Numbered from the stretch's first letter, positions 26,448 through 40,208 are shown. The stretch is DNA of 64,000 nucleotides from the human T2T-CHM13v2.0 reference genome, Homo sapiens (GCF_009914755.1 NC_060934.1), one strand, 5' to 3'. A program made the numbers and translations. Notes: a model not told the origin generated them from the letters alone.

Positions 26448-29400
26448 TCTGAACAGATCCTCTAGCTAGGTTATCTGATTCTTTTGGGTTCTATACCTTT
26501 TGTGGTGTTTGAGCTATTTTACAGCTCTGTAAATTGCAGGAAACTAATAATGATGCCGGTGATTCTTGTCCATACAGATACAAATGATCTTTACCCTGGT
26601 AGAGATGCAACTGATTATTACCATGTGGATATTGACCAGTTTTATGTCCATTAGCAAATTTATTTCAGCACTCTTGATTGCTTTTTTATGTTCCTGTTCA
26701 AAGGATCGTTCCTGTATCTGTTACATCTGACTCGTTCTCTCATTAACTAATGAGTTAAATAAAACCTTTAACAAGTGTATCTTTGCACAAGTGCCATGAT
26801 TTTATCCACTTAAAAATTATGCTTTCATATCAACAAGATAAAACGATAGCCTCTGAAGATTACAATTGTATTAAACAGGACCAGCTGTAGAATAGCACTA
26901 TCCCTGCATTTAGTTGTGCTCAGATAAAGTCACATTCTTTACCTTCCTTTACTTTCCTAAGTCATCTCAGGAAATCTGTGAAATAGGCTGATTGTTTTTG
27001 ATACCCCAAGCCTCTCCTTTCTTGATATTTTACCCCATTCTCTACAAATTTTCTCCTTCTCCTTCTAAGGGCTCTTAGAAGTGCCAGATCTCTGCCATCT
27101 GCTCCAGTAAAAAACTTTTCTCAGAAAGAGATCTAAAAATGTTTACAACTTAGAGTAACTTTGATTCAATATATCACCTCTTCCAGGGACCCTCAATAAA
27201 AGAAGTATGCTATTAACACATACTTTTTTTGGAGAAATGTCCTGCCCTATCTTTGAGCTAACATAGGGTCTTAGTTTTCTTTGGTAACCATTGGGATCAG
27301 CAGGGTATGACAAGTAATGTATCTGAATATAAAGGATGCATGAAACCTAAATTAAAAGGGTTTAGCAGAGCAAAGTATGCACATTATATTTTCTAAAGAT
27401 CACATGCAATGACAGGGTAGTTAAAGATGAATGGAATGGGAAGAGATTTAGCTTTTAGGAATTCTGTGGCCTTTTGAAAACATTTGAAAATGTAATAGTT
27501 TCTAAAGGATTTCTTAATCATTCCTGTCTTGTCCACCATGAAAAAAAAAATGTGATGTTTGCATTTTTCTGGATTTCTGAATCTCTGCCATTTGGACTTA
27601 TTTAGCAAACTCTCTCCTGAGATGTAATACAATGTGAATAAAACACAGCCTGATCCATAGCAAATACAAATCGTATTCATTTATCCTTTGGAGTACAAAC
27701 TTCAACCGTAACTAAATACAATATGCTGGCTCTTTTTGTGCTTTTTATGAACTTTTGAAGCAGGTTTGTGATGAATAGATTTTATAGGATTATACAGTTA
27801 TAGTTTGCTTTTAAATATTTCAGAAAGAAATCATAAACATGACCTCATATGTTAATAAATCAATTATGGAATGCTGTCTTATACATATGTTCAAAATATG
27901 ACCCTGTCCAAAACTCCTTAAACGAGTACCAAGAAATAACTTTAAACTCTTATTTAGGAGGCTCTGGATTTCAAAACACTGTGTGTGGAATTCTGCTGTT
28001 CCATCTAAAGAAAATAAAACAGTTTCTTTAACTTCAGTTTATATTGTTTTCAATATAGTAAATATTAAAGCCATGTTGAGGGTGTGACATTTGCTCTTCA
28101 TGAGGCCTCTTCTCTCCTTACTTTCTCATTCCAAGTTGAAGCTAAGAAGATAAGGGCAAGAGAGACAAGAAACCTGCCAAATAGATTGAACCTCAGACGC
28201 AGACCTCTGGGGAGTTGCTGTTCTCAGTTCTGCGCTATTTTTCTTTTCATTTGCATTACTCTTGGATGCAAAAGATCAGAAACCATGGTCAGAAGTTCAA
28301 TAATTGTGATTTACTAAATCAGGATGGATTTTTAGAAGTCCATTTTCTGCCTTCAAAATAGTTGAACTTTTAGAACTCTGATTTATCCATTTCTTAATGT
28401 GATGGTCAAAATGGCTCCAGACTTCTCCATATGTAGAAAACAAAGATTATTTTATTATCTGGAAATGTATTTTTAAGTATCTTGTTTTATTTATTTGGAA
28501 TTTTTAAAGAAATATATTTTAAGAATATGTAAATTAATGTTTACTCACTATTGATGTATGGGCCTCATCATTCAATACTTAATGGAATAATCAACTGAAA
28601 TAATGGCTTAGCAAACTCATCTCTGAAGGTGAAAATGTTACCACTTCCAACTGAGGCCAGAAAACATTACCTACTGCTAAATACTACTTTTGAATCATTG
28701 TTATGAGCATGAATCCATGTTAGCAAGTATCAAAAAAAGACTAAAAATCCAAGGTGTGGTAATAACTTTCAGCTTAAAATCCTATGTTTAGAATTTTATA
28801 ATTTCAAGACTGAAGTTGGGATTTAGTATATAAAATTCAGAGCACTGACTGCTTAAGCCAGAGGCTTCAAATGTGTCTGCCCCCAGAGCCAACCAGGTGA
28901 TAGAAATGACTACAGCAGACCTTGTAGCCAAAATATTTTAATCAGTAGACAGCAGGTGTATGGCAAATAGGAGAATGTACCCCTTCCCCAGGCACCTGAG
29001 ACATACAGGTGTCATTTTGTTTTCGAGTGCTACCTTGCCAGATGAATAAAATATGTCTGTTGCCAAACGGAGACCATCATCTTCCAGTTTGCTGCCACTG
29101 TTCTGAGCTATTCAAGAGAACTGCTAAACAGTCTACAGAGTTGGAGAGCACCCAGCCTCCTTCAACCCCCTTTCCAGTGTTTTGTTGGTTGTTTCTGTTG
29201 GTTCTCCATTTGCTTTTGCATTAAGAGAGTTGGAATTCTCCCTACACTGAACTGAGTCTTTTACTTTGATGTCAGTTAGCTTCTTCTTGTTTGTTCACCA
29301 TAGTCAAAGAGAATTGAACTCTTAGCCCATCAGAATTAGCAGAACCTGAATAGTTCATCCATTCAACTGTAACTATTGCGTAAGTTTCTTCTTCATTGTT

Positions 29401-30013
29401 TCCAGCAAGTGCTCATTCTTGGATAAACTCCTTAGCATATTTTTAGAACACTCTCTGTATTTTTTATCAGATTATACGTTAGCCTTCTCCTCTTTAGGAC
29501 AAAGCATCAAGATCCTTTGCTTTTACCTCATAGGACCAGTTTTCTATCTCTTGGTTCAGTTTTTTGAGAATGAGCATCCCAGACATTGCTTCTCATTTGC
29601 TCCTTTGAATTTAGATGAGTCAGTGTTGTCGGCACAAGATGAGCGTGGAACCCAACTTTCTAAGGAACGTCCTCATATATTTTTTCTCATTCTCATTTCT
29701 TTTTGAGTCAATCATTTTGCAACTTTATCACAATCTCAGTCTAGAATACTATTACTAGTGTAGTCCATAAAATTTAGGTGACCCATACAAAGAAAACTAT
29801 CAACCATTTTTGAGGAGGTATGTCAATAGTTATGAATATTTTATCAGAATGAGGAGATTGAATGTCATGGAAGATGTGAATTCTTTCCAAATTAAATTTA
29901 GCTTGAATACAATGCTAAGAAATCTTAAATAAAAATATCCTAAAGTTTATGGTATGATACATGTGAATAGTAAACAATAATGTAAGAAAACATTTATGAA
30001 GAAGAACTAACCC

Positions 30014-30222
30014 CAATGGTGTGCTGGTAAACTGACTTGTAAGAAAAACACAAACAAAAAACAACAAAAAGCCCCAATATGCAGTGTTTACCAATTTGTG
30101 TGGTGTAAATACTCCCAGCATGGATCAATTTCAAGCTACCAATGAGACATTACTGAACATAGAGTTGAGAAGAGACAGAATTAGCTTTTATGGACTAGTA
30201 AAAGCCAGCTCCACTATACCCT
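30014..30222. mobile_element. MER63-type hAT fossil
   Basis: 'tggtgtgctggtaaac...gtggtgtaaatactcccagcatggatcaatttcaagctaccaa...gccagctccac'. Confidence 0.7.
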
Positions 30223-31321
30223 CCTTGAAGCACACAAAGACAATACTGTAAAACTATAACAATTAAGAGCACAAATTAACAAACGCAAATTAACCAAAAA
30301 AACTGTAATAATTAACAGCATAAATACTTATATTAGAATAAAGAAAGGTCTTAAATTAATGGCTTCACATTCCACCTAAGAAACTAGAAAAGGAAGAGCA
30401 AATTAAACCCATAATAATGAGAAGAAAGGAAATAAGGAAGCTCAGAGCGGAAATGAATGAAATAAAAACAGAAAAAAATATTGAGACGATTAATAAAACA
30501 AATATTTGTCATTTGAGAGGATCAATAAGATTGAAAAATCTGTAGCCAGACTGATCAGCAAAAAAAGAGAGAAACCACAAACTACCAATGTCAGGAATGA
30601 GAGAGGTGACATCACTACAGAATCTACAGATAGTAAAAGGATAGTAAGGTAATAATATGAAGAATTTTATGCCAATAAATGTCACAGCTTAAATGAAGTG
30701 AATACATTCCTTGAAGAATATTAACTATCAAAGTTCACTTAAGAAGAATTAGATAATCTGTTTAGCCCTACACTTACTAAAGAAATTGAATTTGTAGCTA
30801 CAAACCTTCCCTCAAGGAAAACTTGAGGCTTGAATGCCTTCAACCGTGGATTCTGTATTAAAGAACAAATAATACTAATGCTATAAAAATTCTTCAAGAA
30901 TATTATAAAGGATGTAATGCTTCCCAACTATGAGACCAGCATTACTCTCATACCAACCGAAACAAAGACACTATAAGAAAGGAACACTACAGACCAATCT
31001 CTTTCATAAACTTAGATGCAAAAATTCTAAACAAAATTTTAGCAAATTGAATCCAACAATATATTAAAAATATATCACATCATGATCACCATGTGAGACT
31101 GGTTTGACATTGGAAATCAATCACTATAATTCACCATATGACAAATTTGAAAAGAAAACAATCTGATTATTTTAATACATGCAGTAAAAGCATTTGACTA
31201 AATCCAACATTTATTCCTTTTCAGGAAGTCTAAGCTAACTAGAAACAGGGGGCATTTTCTCTGATTAAAAGGCATCTGAGAAAACCTACAACTAATATTA
31301 TACTTAATGATGAAAGACTGA

Positions 31322-31800
31322 ATCAGTTAGGGTTCTCCAGAAAAACAGAACCAGTCGGAGATATCTATATCTATTTTATCTATATCTACAGCCAGGTATC
31401 TAGACATAGGTATCTATATATCAGATGGATATATAGTAGATATATATCTACAGGGATTTATTTCAAGGAATTGGCTTATGTGATTGTGGGGACTGGCAAG
31501 TTTGAATAGGGCAGGCCAGCAGACTGGAAACTCTTAAGCAGAAGCTGATGCTACTACATTCTTGAGGCAGAATTTCTTCTTTGTTCGGGAAACTTCAGTC
31601 TTTCTCTTTAAGACCTTTCAACTTGGATTGCATTAGTCTCACTCATATTATCAAAGATAATCTCCTTTACTTAAAGTCAACTGCTTGCAGATGTTAACTA
31701 CATCTATAAAATACCTTCACAGCAACACCTACATTAGTCTTTGATTGACTAACTGGATACCATAGCCCAGCCAAGTTGACACATAAAACTAGCCATCACA
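31322..31800 (-). mobile_element. MLT2 (ERVL) LTR nested in L1
   Basis: 'agggttctccagaaaaacagaacc...cagccaagttgacacataaaactagccatcaca' is antisense MLT2. Confidence 0.85.
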
Positions 31801-33129
31801 CCCTATGATTAGGAATAAAACAAAGATGTCTTACTGCTCATCACTTTGTCTCTCATCACTTTTAATCAACATTTTACTGGAGCTTCTAGACAATGAAATG
31901 AGACAAGAAAAAGAAATAAACAGTATCCAGATTGTAAAGAAAGGGGTAAAATGCTCTTTATTCACAGATGTCACTATCGTCTACGTAGAAAATCCAATGG
32001 AATGTTGTAAAAAGCTACTAAACTAGTAAGCGATTTTAGTAAATCCTTGGGACATAAGATCAACATAGAGAAATTAATAGTATTTCTATAATTACTTGAA
32101 GATTATATAATTCAAACAATAGCAATTATAATTAAAACAACTTGACACAAATAACTGGAAATTAAAATAATACTTATAATCGCATCAACATTATGAAATA
32201 CATAAGAATAAATCTGACAGAAGATGTGAAAGACCTGACATGGAAAATTACAAAATATTGCTGAGAGAAATTATGGAAGACATACATAAATGGAAAGATA
32301 CAGAGTGCTTACGGGTTGAAACACTCAACAATTTTAAGAATGCAATTCTCTGCAAGTTAATCTGTAGATTTAATGTAATTCTAATTTAAATCCAAGTAGT
32401 CTTTTTGGGGTAGAAATTGACAAACTTATTCTAAAATTTATATGGAAATATGAAGAACCTAGAATAGCTGAAACAGCTTGGAAAAAAAGGTTTTAAGGCT
32501 TACTATATAGCTACAGCAATTAAGAGAATGTGTATTGGCATAAAGATAGATCAATAGAACAGAAGAGAGTCCAGAAATGGACTCACACATATGTGAAAAA
32601 CTGCGTGTTCATAATGGTGCAAAGGCAATTTAGTGGAAAGAATCTATTTCACCAAAAGTGGTGGGACAGTTGGATATACATAGGCAAAGAAATGAACTTC
32701 GATGCATACCTTTGTACCATCTAAAAAATTAACTCAAAATGGATCATTGGTGCAAATTTAAAATCTGACCTATAAAACTCCTTAAAAATAGAAAACCCTT
32801 GTGGCTCTGGGTTAGGCAGAGTTCTCAGATATGCATCAAAAGCATGATCCATAGAAAAACAAATGAATAAATTGGACTTCATCAAAATTAAAAACTCTTG
32901 CTGTTAGAAAAATACTATTAAGAGAATAAAAACACAAACCATGGACTCAGAGAATATCTTTGCAAAATCCATGTCTGATAAAGGGCATGTGTATATATAA
33001 AAAGTGTTCAAAACTGTATAATAAGAAAATAAACAACCCAATTGAAAAGGGCAAAACAATGTGGACAGACATTTTACAAAAGAAGATACATATACCCAAA
33101 TAAACACATAAAAAGATGTTCAACATTAT

Positions 33130-33762
33130 GTTTATGTACTGTTGGTGGGAATGTAAGCTAGTTCAGTTACTGTGGAAAGCAGTTTGGAGATTGCTCAAAG
33201 AACTTAAAACAGAACTACAATTCGACCCAGCAATCCCATTACTGGACATACAGCTAAAAGAAAACAAATCATTCTATCAAAAAGACACATGCACTCACAT
33301 GTTCATTGCAGCACTAGTCACAGTAGCAAAGACCTGAAATGAACTTAGGTGCCCATTAGTGATGGATTGGCTAAAGAAAATGTGGTACATATATACCATG
33401 GAATACTACACAGCCATAAAAAGAATGAAATAATATCCTTTGTAGCAATATGGATGCAGCTGGAGGCCGTTATCCTAAGCAAATTAATGCAGGAACAGAA
33501 AGCCAAATGCTGCATGTTCTCACTTATAAGTAGGAGCTAAACATTGGGCACTTGTGGACATAAAAATGGCAAAAATAGAAATGGGGGACTACTGGAGGGG
33601 AGAGGGATGGATAGAGGCAAGGGCTGAAAAACTATTTGGTACTACGATCAGTACCTGGATGATGGCATCATTTGTACCCTAGACCTCAGCATCATGCAAT
33701 ATAACCAGGTAACAAACTTGCAAATGTACCCCGTGAATCTAAAATAAAAGTTGAAAAAAAAA
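33130..33762 (+). mobile_element. Younger L1 (L1PB-like) 3' fragment nested in the old L1
   Basis: 'ttcgacccagcaatcccattactgg...gtaacaaacttgcaaatgtaccccgtgaatctaaaataaaagttgaaaaaaaaa'. Confidence 0.88.
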
Positions 33763-34226
33763 TATGTTTGGTGTTAACAGTCATTAGTGAGATACAAATT
33801 AAAATCACAGTGAGATGCCACTGTACACCTATTACAATGGCTAAAGTAAAGACTGATTGTACACTACTGGTGGGAATGTAAAATGGTACTATCAATGTGG
33901 AAAACAGTTTGCAAGTTTCTGAAAACATTAAACATTTACCATATGATTTAGCTATTCCTATTTACCTAAGAGAAATGAAAGCATATGTCCATAGAAAGGT
34001 GTATACATAAATGTTTATAGAAGCTTTATTTGTAATAACCAAAACTGGAAACAACCCAAGTGTGTCTATCAACATGTGAGTGGGTAAACAAACTGGTATA
34101 TTCATATAAAGGAATACTACTCAGCAATGAAAAGGAGTGAACTAGTGATTCACTCAATGGCATGGATAAATCTTGAAATATTAATGCTGACTGAAAAAAC
34201 CAGACAAATAAAGAAGACACACTGTA

Positions 34227-34872
34227 TTTTTTAGTCAGTTGGAGGTGCTATGATAGAATATCATGGATTCGGTGGCTTAAACAACAGAAATTTATTTCTC
34301 ACAGTTCTGGAGGCTGGAAAGTCCAAGATCAACGTGCCTGAAGATTCAGTGTGTGATGAGGACCTGCTTCCTGATTCATAGCCAGCCATATTCTAGCTGT
34401 GTCCCCACATGGCTAAAAGAGGGTGAGAGAGCTCTCTTGGATCCCTTTTGTAACAGTAAAAATCCCATTCACAAGGACTCCACCCTCATGATTTTTTTTT
34501 ATTATTACACTGTAAGTTCTGGGGTACATGTCCACAAGTACCCAATGCTTAGCTCCCACTTATAAGTTACATAGGTATACATGTGCCATGTTGGTTTGCT
34601 GCACCCATCAACTCGTCATTTACATCAGGTATTCCTCCTAATGCTCTCCCTCCTCTAGCACCCCACCCCACAACAAGCCCCGGTGTGTGATGTTCCCCGC
34701 CCTGTGTCCAAGTGTTCTCATTGTTCGATTCCCACCTATGAGTGAGAACATGCGACCACCCTCAAGATTACTCACCTTCCAAAAGCCCCACGTCCTAATA
34801 GCATCTTGTTAGGGGTTAAGATCTCAACAAATGCATCTGGAAGGGACACAGACATTCACTCTGTCCATTGCA
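34227..34872 (-). mobile_element. MLT1A-like MaLR LTR nested in L1
   Basis: 'ggcttaaacaacagaaatttatttctcacagttctggaggctgg'; 5-bp TSD ctgta at 34222-34226 and 34873-34877. Confidence 0.85.
34494..34755 (-). mobile_element. Short L1PA 3' end nested in the MLT1 LTR
   Basis: Antisense L1PA 3'UTR; TSD ccaccctcatgatt/ccaccctcaagatt at 34480-34493 and 34756-34769. Confidence 0.92.
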
Positions 34873-35676
34873 CTGTATGATTTAATTTATATAAAGTTCT
34901 AGAAAATGCAGCTGATCTGCTAGAAGATCAAAGGTCTGAAGAAACTTTTACAGGTCTGTCTTTATCTTAATTGTAATGATCATTTCACAGGTGTACATAT
35001 GTATGTCAAACTGTCCCATTGTACACTTTAAGTATGTGTGGTGTATTATATGCCAATTATATCTCAATAAAGCTGATTTTAAATGTCACTTAAAAAAGGG
35101 ATTTAGGGCAGTTCTTCAAATCTTTGGAATGTACTATTACATCCCAGTTTAATGTATGTACCAAGATATGTGATGACATGTGCCTCTGTAATCTATGTGC
35201 CTCATTTCAAGCCACAGAACTGCTTCATTTAGGAGACTTGATGACATCACTTATACCATCAACCTAACCCCTAGCCCTGATTGCTGTCATTAACATCATT
35301 GTCATTACTACAGTGGGTACGTGCATCATGCCTTCACCTTCTTCTCTCTCAGAAAGAATCCTTGGTTGTCCCTAGTTGTCTGAACCAAGAGTTGAAAAGT
35401 CTAGGATGGTTGAATCTGACCACTGGGGTCTAGGTCAATATGCCACTTGATAGTTTCAAGGGAGGCTGGGAAAATGAGTGTCTGGCCTTTTCCCTTCTGA
35501 TGTAGGAGTCAGACTGTCTTGCACCAAGACTCATATGTTGTTATCTGTACCATATGCTGTATTTATGCCCTATAGATGAATGTCTTTCCTACCCTATGGA
35601 TAGCAGAAAATATGTCTTAATCATAGTGCAACCTCCACTCTGCCAGGAATCAACTAGGTACTCAGTCACTCCTTGT

Positions 35677-35764
35677 GGAGTGGAATGGAATGGGATGGAA
35701 TGGAATGGAATGGAATGGGATGGAATGGAATGGAATGGAATGGAACGGAACGGAACGGAATGGA
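35677..35764. repeat. (GGAAT)n pentanucleotide repeat
   Basis: About 17 units with GGGAT/GGAAC variants. Confidence 0.97.
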
Positions 35765-36658
35765 GAGATAACTATCTCACCCATATCACTCCCTTTAGAA
35801 GTGCTGAGGGCCTTCTAAATCTCTTTTCAGGCTGGAAGACCTGGCTACTTCCTGAATCCATGTATGAGTTGGGTAAAAATAAAGCCTTATTTATATGGGA
35901 TAGAATATGAAAGGAGATTGAAGAATATTCAAAACTTCCTGCTTACAAACTTCTGAAGTTTGCAAAGTTGCCAGAGCCTAAGAAACTCAACATACAATGC
36001 TTTTAGCTCTTCTTGGACAGATAGACCGAGATGATAAGCTGGATTCATCAGGACTGAGTACATATGGAAAACAGGGATTGTGGAGAGAGCTGGGCCATGT
36101 GTCAAATGCTACTCTGCCCTTATTGCCTACATGACCTTGAGCCTGCCCTCACCCTCCGCTCATGTGCTGCCAGCATCTTGGTACCTGGCTCAGTATGAAG
36201 CATGTGGCCTGGGCCTAACCTCTCACCACATCACATTACCCTGAACATGTGTAATAAAGCTGCTGACTCCATGATTGGCATTTGGCCACTGACAACCTCC
36301 CCAGGTTCACTCTCTGCGTGTGCCCCTTCCCCAATCACCTGTGTGACCCAATAAGAGAAATGCCTGGACACTCTGTGGATTTCAAATAGCACAGCCTCTA
36401 GACAGTGCTGAGGAAACTCCACCCTAGTGACACCCTCAAATCGCCCATGTGGCTTCGCTCTTGCTTCATTCCATACTGGACCTGAGCCTTTCTCCTCGGG
36501 GAATCCTTTTACTGTTAACTGTGTAATACATTTACTTCATATTCATCAGTGCCCATGTGTCATTTATCCTGATACTTACATAAATAACTGGTTGGGGGGA
36601 TGTTTTATATCCCCAAATTCTAGCACAGAGGTTGGCTCAAGGCTGGTCTCAAATGACA

Positions 36659-36806
36659 GATGGATGGATGTATGGATGGATGAGTGGATGGGTGAATGGA
36701 TGGGTGGGTGGATGGATGAGTGGATGGATGGATGGATGGATGGAGGGATGGACGGATGGTTGGATGGATGGATGGATGGATGGATGGATGGATGGATGGA
36801 TGGATG
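36659..36806. repeat. (GGAT)n tetranucleotide repeat
   Basis: Directly visible imperfect tandem array. Confidence 0.97.
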
Positions 36807-38267
36807 AATTGATTCAATGAATGATTCTTCATCCTGATTAGTACCTTCACATTTGGAAAATGTCACTCATCATCACAGAAAAATGACAGCCCAGGCCTGA
36901 ACACTTCAGTTGAGACATCTGCTGAGATGAGAGACACGACATGTTAAACCACCTCCTTTCAGGAGCTAACCATGCTTTAAGATTCCAATTTAAATCTACT
37001 CTTTTCCTTTTCCTAAGTCACCACGAGAATGTTAATTCCCCCCAATTTAGTTCTAACTCCTTCTAGTTGAGAAGAGAATGTGATGCTAAATTGAAGAGTT
37101 CAACCCCTTAGCTGAGAATAATCCTTACAAAATGTATTTTTACCTCATTACTTGTTGACCAAAACCACAGCCTTGTATATATGATCTGAAAGAGCCCATA
37201 AAAAAGGCTGTGTCTAAAAACCACTATTTGCTTTTGGCTGCACACAGCAAAATTTGATTTGCGATGATAGGAATGTCAGTCTGACAATGCAACTGCAATT
37301 TCTCCAGCTATTTACCTTTAAATCTCAGTATTACACTTGCTACAGATGATATATGAAAGTAAAATATTTGCACAGTTATGTGATTCAGTCAAGAGTAGAT
37401 ACAGTACTGCACCTGAGGGAGAAGAAGGTGCTTTGGCTGACCTTACCAGGACCGACATTTTTGTAGTAAAGAAGCAAACTTTAGTATTGTTCTGTGGATG
37501 TGCCCTGGGTAAGGTCACTGCCCCACTGATAGCTATTGACAAACTCTGCTGAGATATGATATAATCAAAATCTCAGCTTCTGTGTGTTAGGGGGTGGGAG
37601 GTGTGCATGTTTCATGTTGTTATAGATGCCAACTTAAGCAAGTCGTTTTCCTAAACCTTGCAATTCTTAGGTTCTTTCTTATAAATCCCAAATCTGCTTT
37701 CCTTTGCAAACATGGCTAATGCCCCTTGGAGAACTCTAGCCTGCCTCTCCTTGCCTCACTCCCTAGGGTGAGGGCACGGGGATTGCAATGAGGCATGTGA
37801 AACACCACGTGTGTCTAAGAAAGGCCCTACCTCTCAGATTGTGATTATTTAAAACAGCTTGTTAAAAAAAACACACACACACATTAATTTACCCCTAAGT
37901 AAAGCTCATTTTGTTGCTAATTTAATTTTAGTGAAAGGCCTTATGTAGCATGCGCCCCAGGAATTTCTATAAGATCTATTTATCCAACCCAGGAGGATTA
38001 TCTGACTCTTACAAGCTAATCCACTTGAAAAGTATGTCTCAGTGCCATAAGGAAGCATGTGATATTCTTTACATTATGAGTGTTTGAGTTGGATCTGGAA
38101 TAAATAAGGTAGGTTGCACTCTCAGCCACCTATGCCTCTGTCATTGGAGACACGTGAGCTGTTCCAGGGAGGTCTGTAGTAACTGCTATTTCTTTTTATT
38201 GTCAAAAAATCCAACAATAAACTTAATGTGATTGCCAAGTTGGCACATAGAAATTGTTTGCACCAAA

Positions 38268-38840
38268 TTCAATCAATAAATATTTATGGAGTTGCTACCA
38301 TGTATCAGGCACTGTTGTAGATTCTGAGGTGAGGATACTGAGGTAAGATGCTGAGGTTGAGCCCAGCTCAGATGCTGAGGTTGTCCTCAGGAGCTCATAT
38401 GCAAAACATGTGGGGAAGACAGACATGGGGCAATTGAACAAAGCGACATGGAATAGGATCAGCTAGTGATTAATGTTGTGAAGAAATATCAAGCAGTGTA
38501 GAGGAATAGAGAGTTTGGAAGGAGGTTATATTTTAAGTTTTGTGACCAAGGATGGGCTCTCTGTGGAAGTGACTTTTGACCAAAGACTAGAATGAAGCGA
38601 CAGAAAGTCATGCAAGAGGAGGAGAGCTTTCCAGGCAAGTGCAAAGGCCCTGAAGCAGCAACAACCAGGAGGCCAGCGTGGCAGGGAGGGAGTGGTGGGG
38701 AAGAAGACTGGAGAGGTAGCCTGGGACCAGCTCACACAGGGCTTCTTCAGTACTGGTAAGAACTTAGGGATTGATTCTAACTGAAGGGCCAGTCAATGGC
38801 TTAGGATAGGGAAAAATTGGCTCCAGTTTATATTTTAGGC
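38268..38840 (-). mobile_element. L2 remnant
   Basis: 'caataaatatttatggagttgctaccatgtatcaggcactgtt', 'gcaaaggccctgaagc', 'ggtaagaacttagggattgattctaa'. Confidence 0.75.
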
Positions 38841-39215
38841 GGTGCTTTTTTCTTTGGTCTTGTCATCTTTCTTCCATACTGATTCATATGACTGTTCCTT
38901 GAGTCAGATGAACTCTCACTGTTTCTATGTCTGCAAGCTTCAGTCAATGGTTATTCATGTACCTGGGCTGTAAGACAAAAGCAAACAAATTCTATTCTCT
39001 TCAAACTCATTAAAACCCTGGTACCAAAGACACAGTTTGCTCAATCCTCAGGCATGTGTGGAGGTTTGGTTGTTTTATTTTTTCCTTCTTTTTCTTTTCT
39101 GGTTCTTCGGAAATAATCTCTTTGGGGGAAGAATTTTTTGAAGAGATGTGCCTAGAAAAAAATTTATTATTAAATACATCTTATTTGAACCGTGATATGG
39201 GCAAGCCTCTTTTTA

Positions 39216-40208
39216 AAATACATTTTATGTTTTAATTAATATGCTTTATTTTTAGAGAAGTTTTAGGATTCCAGCAAAATTGAGCAGATAGTACAGAAAG
39301 GGCCCTTATACTCTCTGCCTCCACATATATCTCCCCAACTATTGCTGTCTCACACCACACTGGTACCCTCTGTTACAAGTGATGAACCTACATTGATATA
39401 TCATTATCACCCAAAGTCCATAGTTTACATTAGGGAGCACTCTTAGTATTGCACATTCTATAGGTTTTGACCAATTGTAAAATAATGTGTACCCACCATT
39501 ATGGTATCATACAGAATGGTGTCACTGCCCTACAAATCATCTGTGCTCTGCCTATTCATTTCTGTCTTTCCCCAGCCTCTGGCAAGCACTGATCTTTTTA
39601 GTGTTTCCATAGTGTTGCCTTTTCCAGGATGTCATATAGTTGTAATCATAGAGTATGTGGCCTTTTGTGTTGGCTAATTTCACTAGTAAATGCATTTACA
39701 TTTCTTCCCTGTCTCTTCATGGCTTGATAGCTCATTTCTTTTTAGTGCTGAATAATATTCCATTGTCTGGACATACCACCGTTTATTTATCCATCCAACT
39801 ACTGAAGGACATGTGGTTGCTTCCAAGTTTTGGCAGTTATGAGAAAGCTGCTATAAACATCTATATGCAGGTTTCTGTATGGACATAAGTTTTCATTTGA
39901 GTAAATGCCAAAGAGCATGCTAGATGGATCATATAGTAAGGGCATGTTTAGTTTTGTAAGAAATTGCCAAACTGCATAAGTGGCTATCCATTTTGCATTC
40001 CCATCAGCAATGAATGAGCATTCCTGCTGCTCCATATCCTCATCAGCATTTGATGTTGTCAGTGTTTGGGACTTTGTTCAAAGGTGTGTAGTTTAATTTG
40101 CAACAATGAGATACTTCATTGTTATTTTAATTTGCAACTTCCTAATGACATATAATGTTGGACTCCTTCTAATATGCTTACTCACCATTTTAATATCTTC
40201 TTTGGTCA
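39216..40208 (-). mobile_element. L1MC-type 3' fragment
   Basis: Antisense L1 3'UTR; TSD gc[a/g]agcctcttttta at 39201-39215 and 40209-40223. Confidence 0.88.

Larger units (their letters stand above)
30320..35080 (+). mobile_element. Old L1M (L1MB/ME age) ORF2-3'UTR host element with four nested insertions
   Basis: Degraded ORF2 (e.g. 31805-32026 LELLDNEMRQEKEINSIQI); 3' end 'tgccaattatatctcaataaagctg'. Confidence 0.85.

Noticed and set aside
35554-36866. ORFs with MEWNG, MDGW and HPSI repeats
   Set aside because: Translations of (GGAAT)n and (GGAT)n microsatellites
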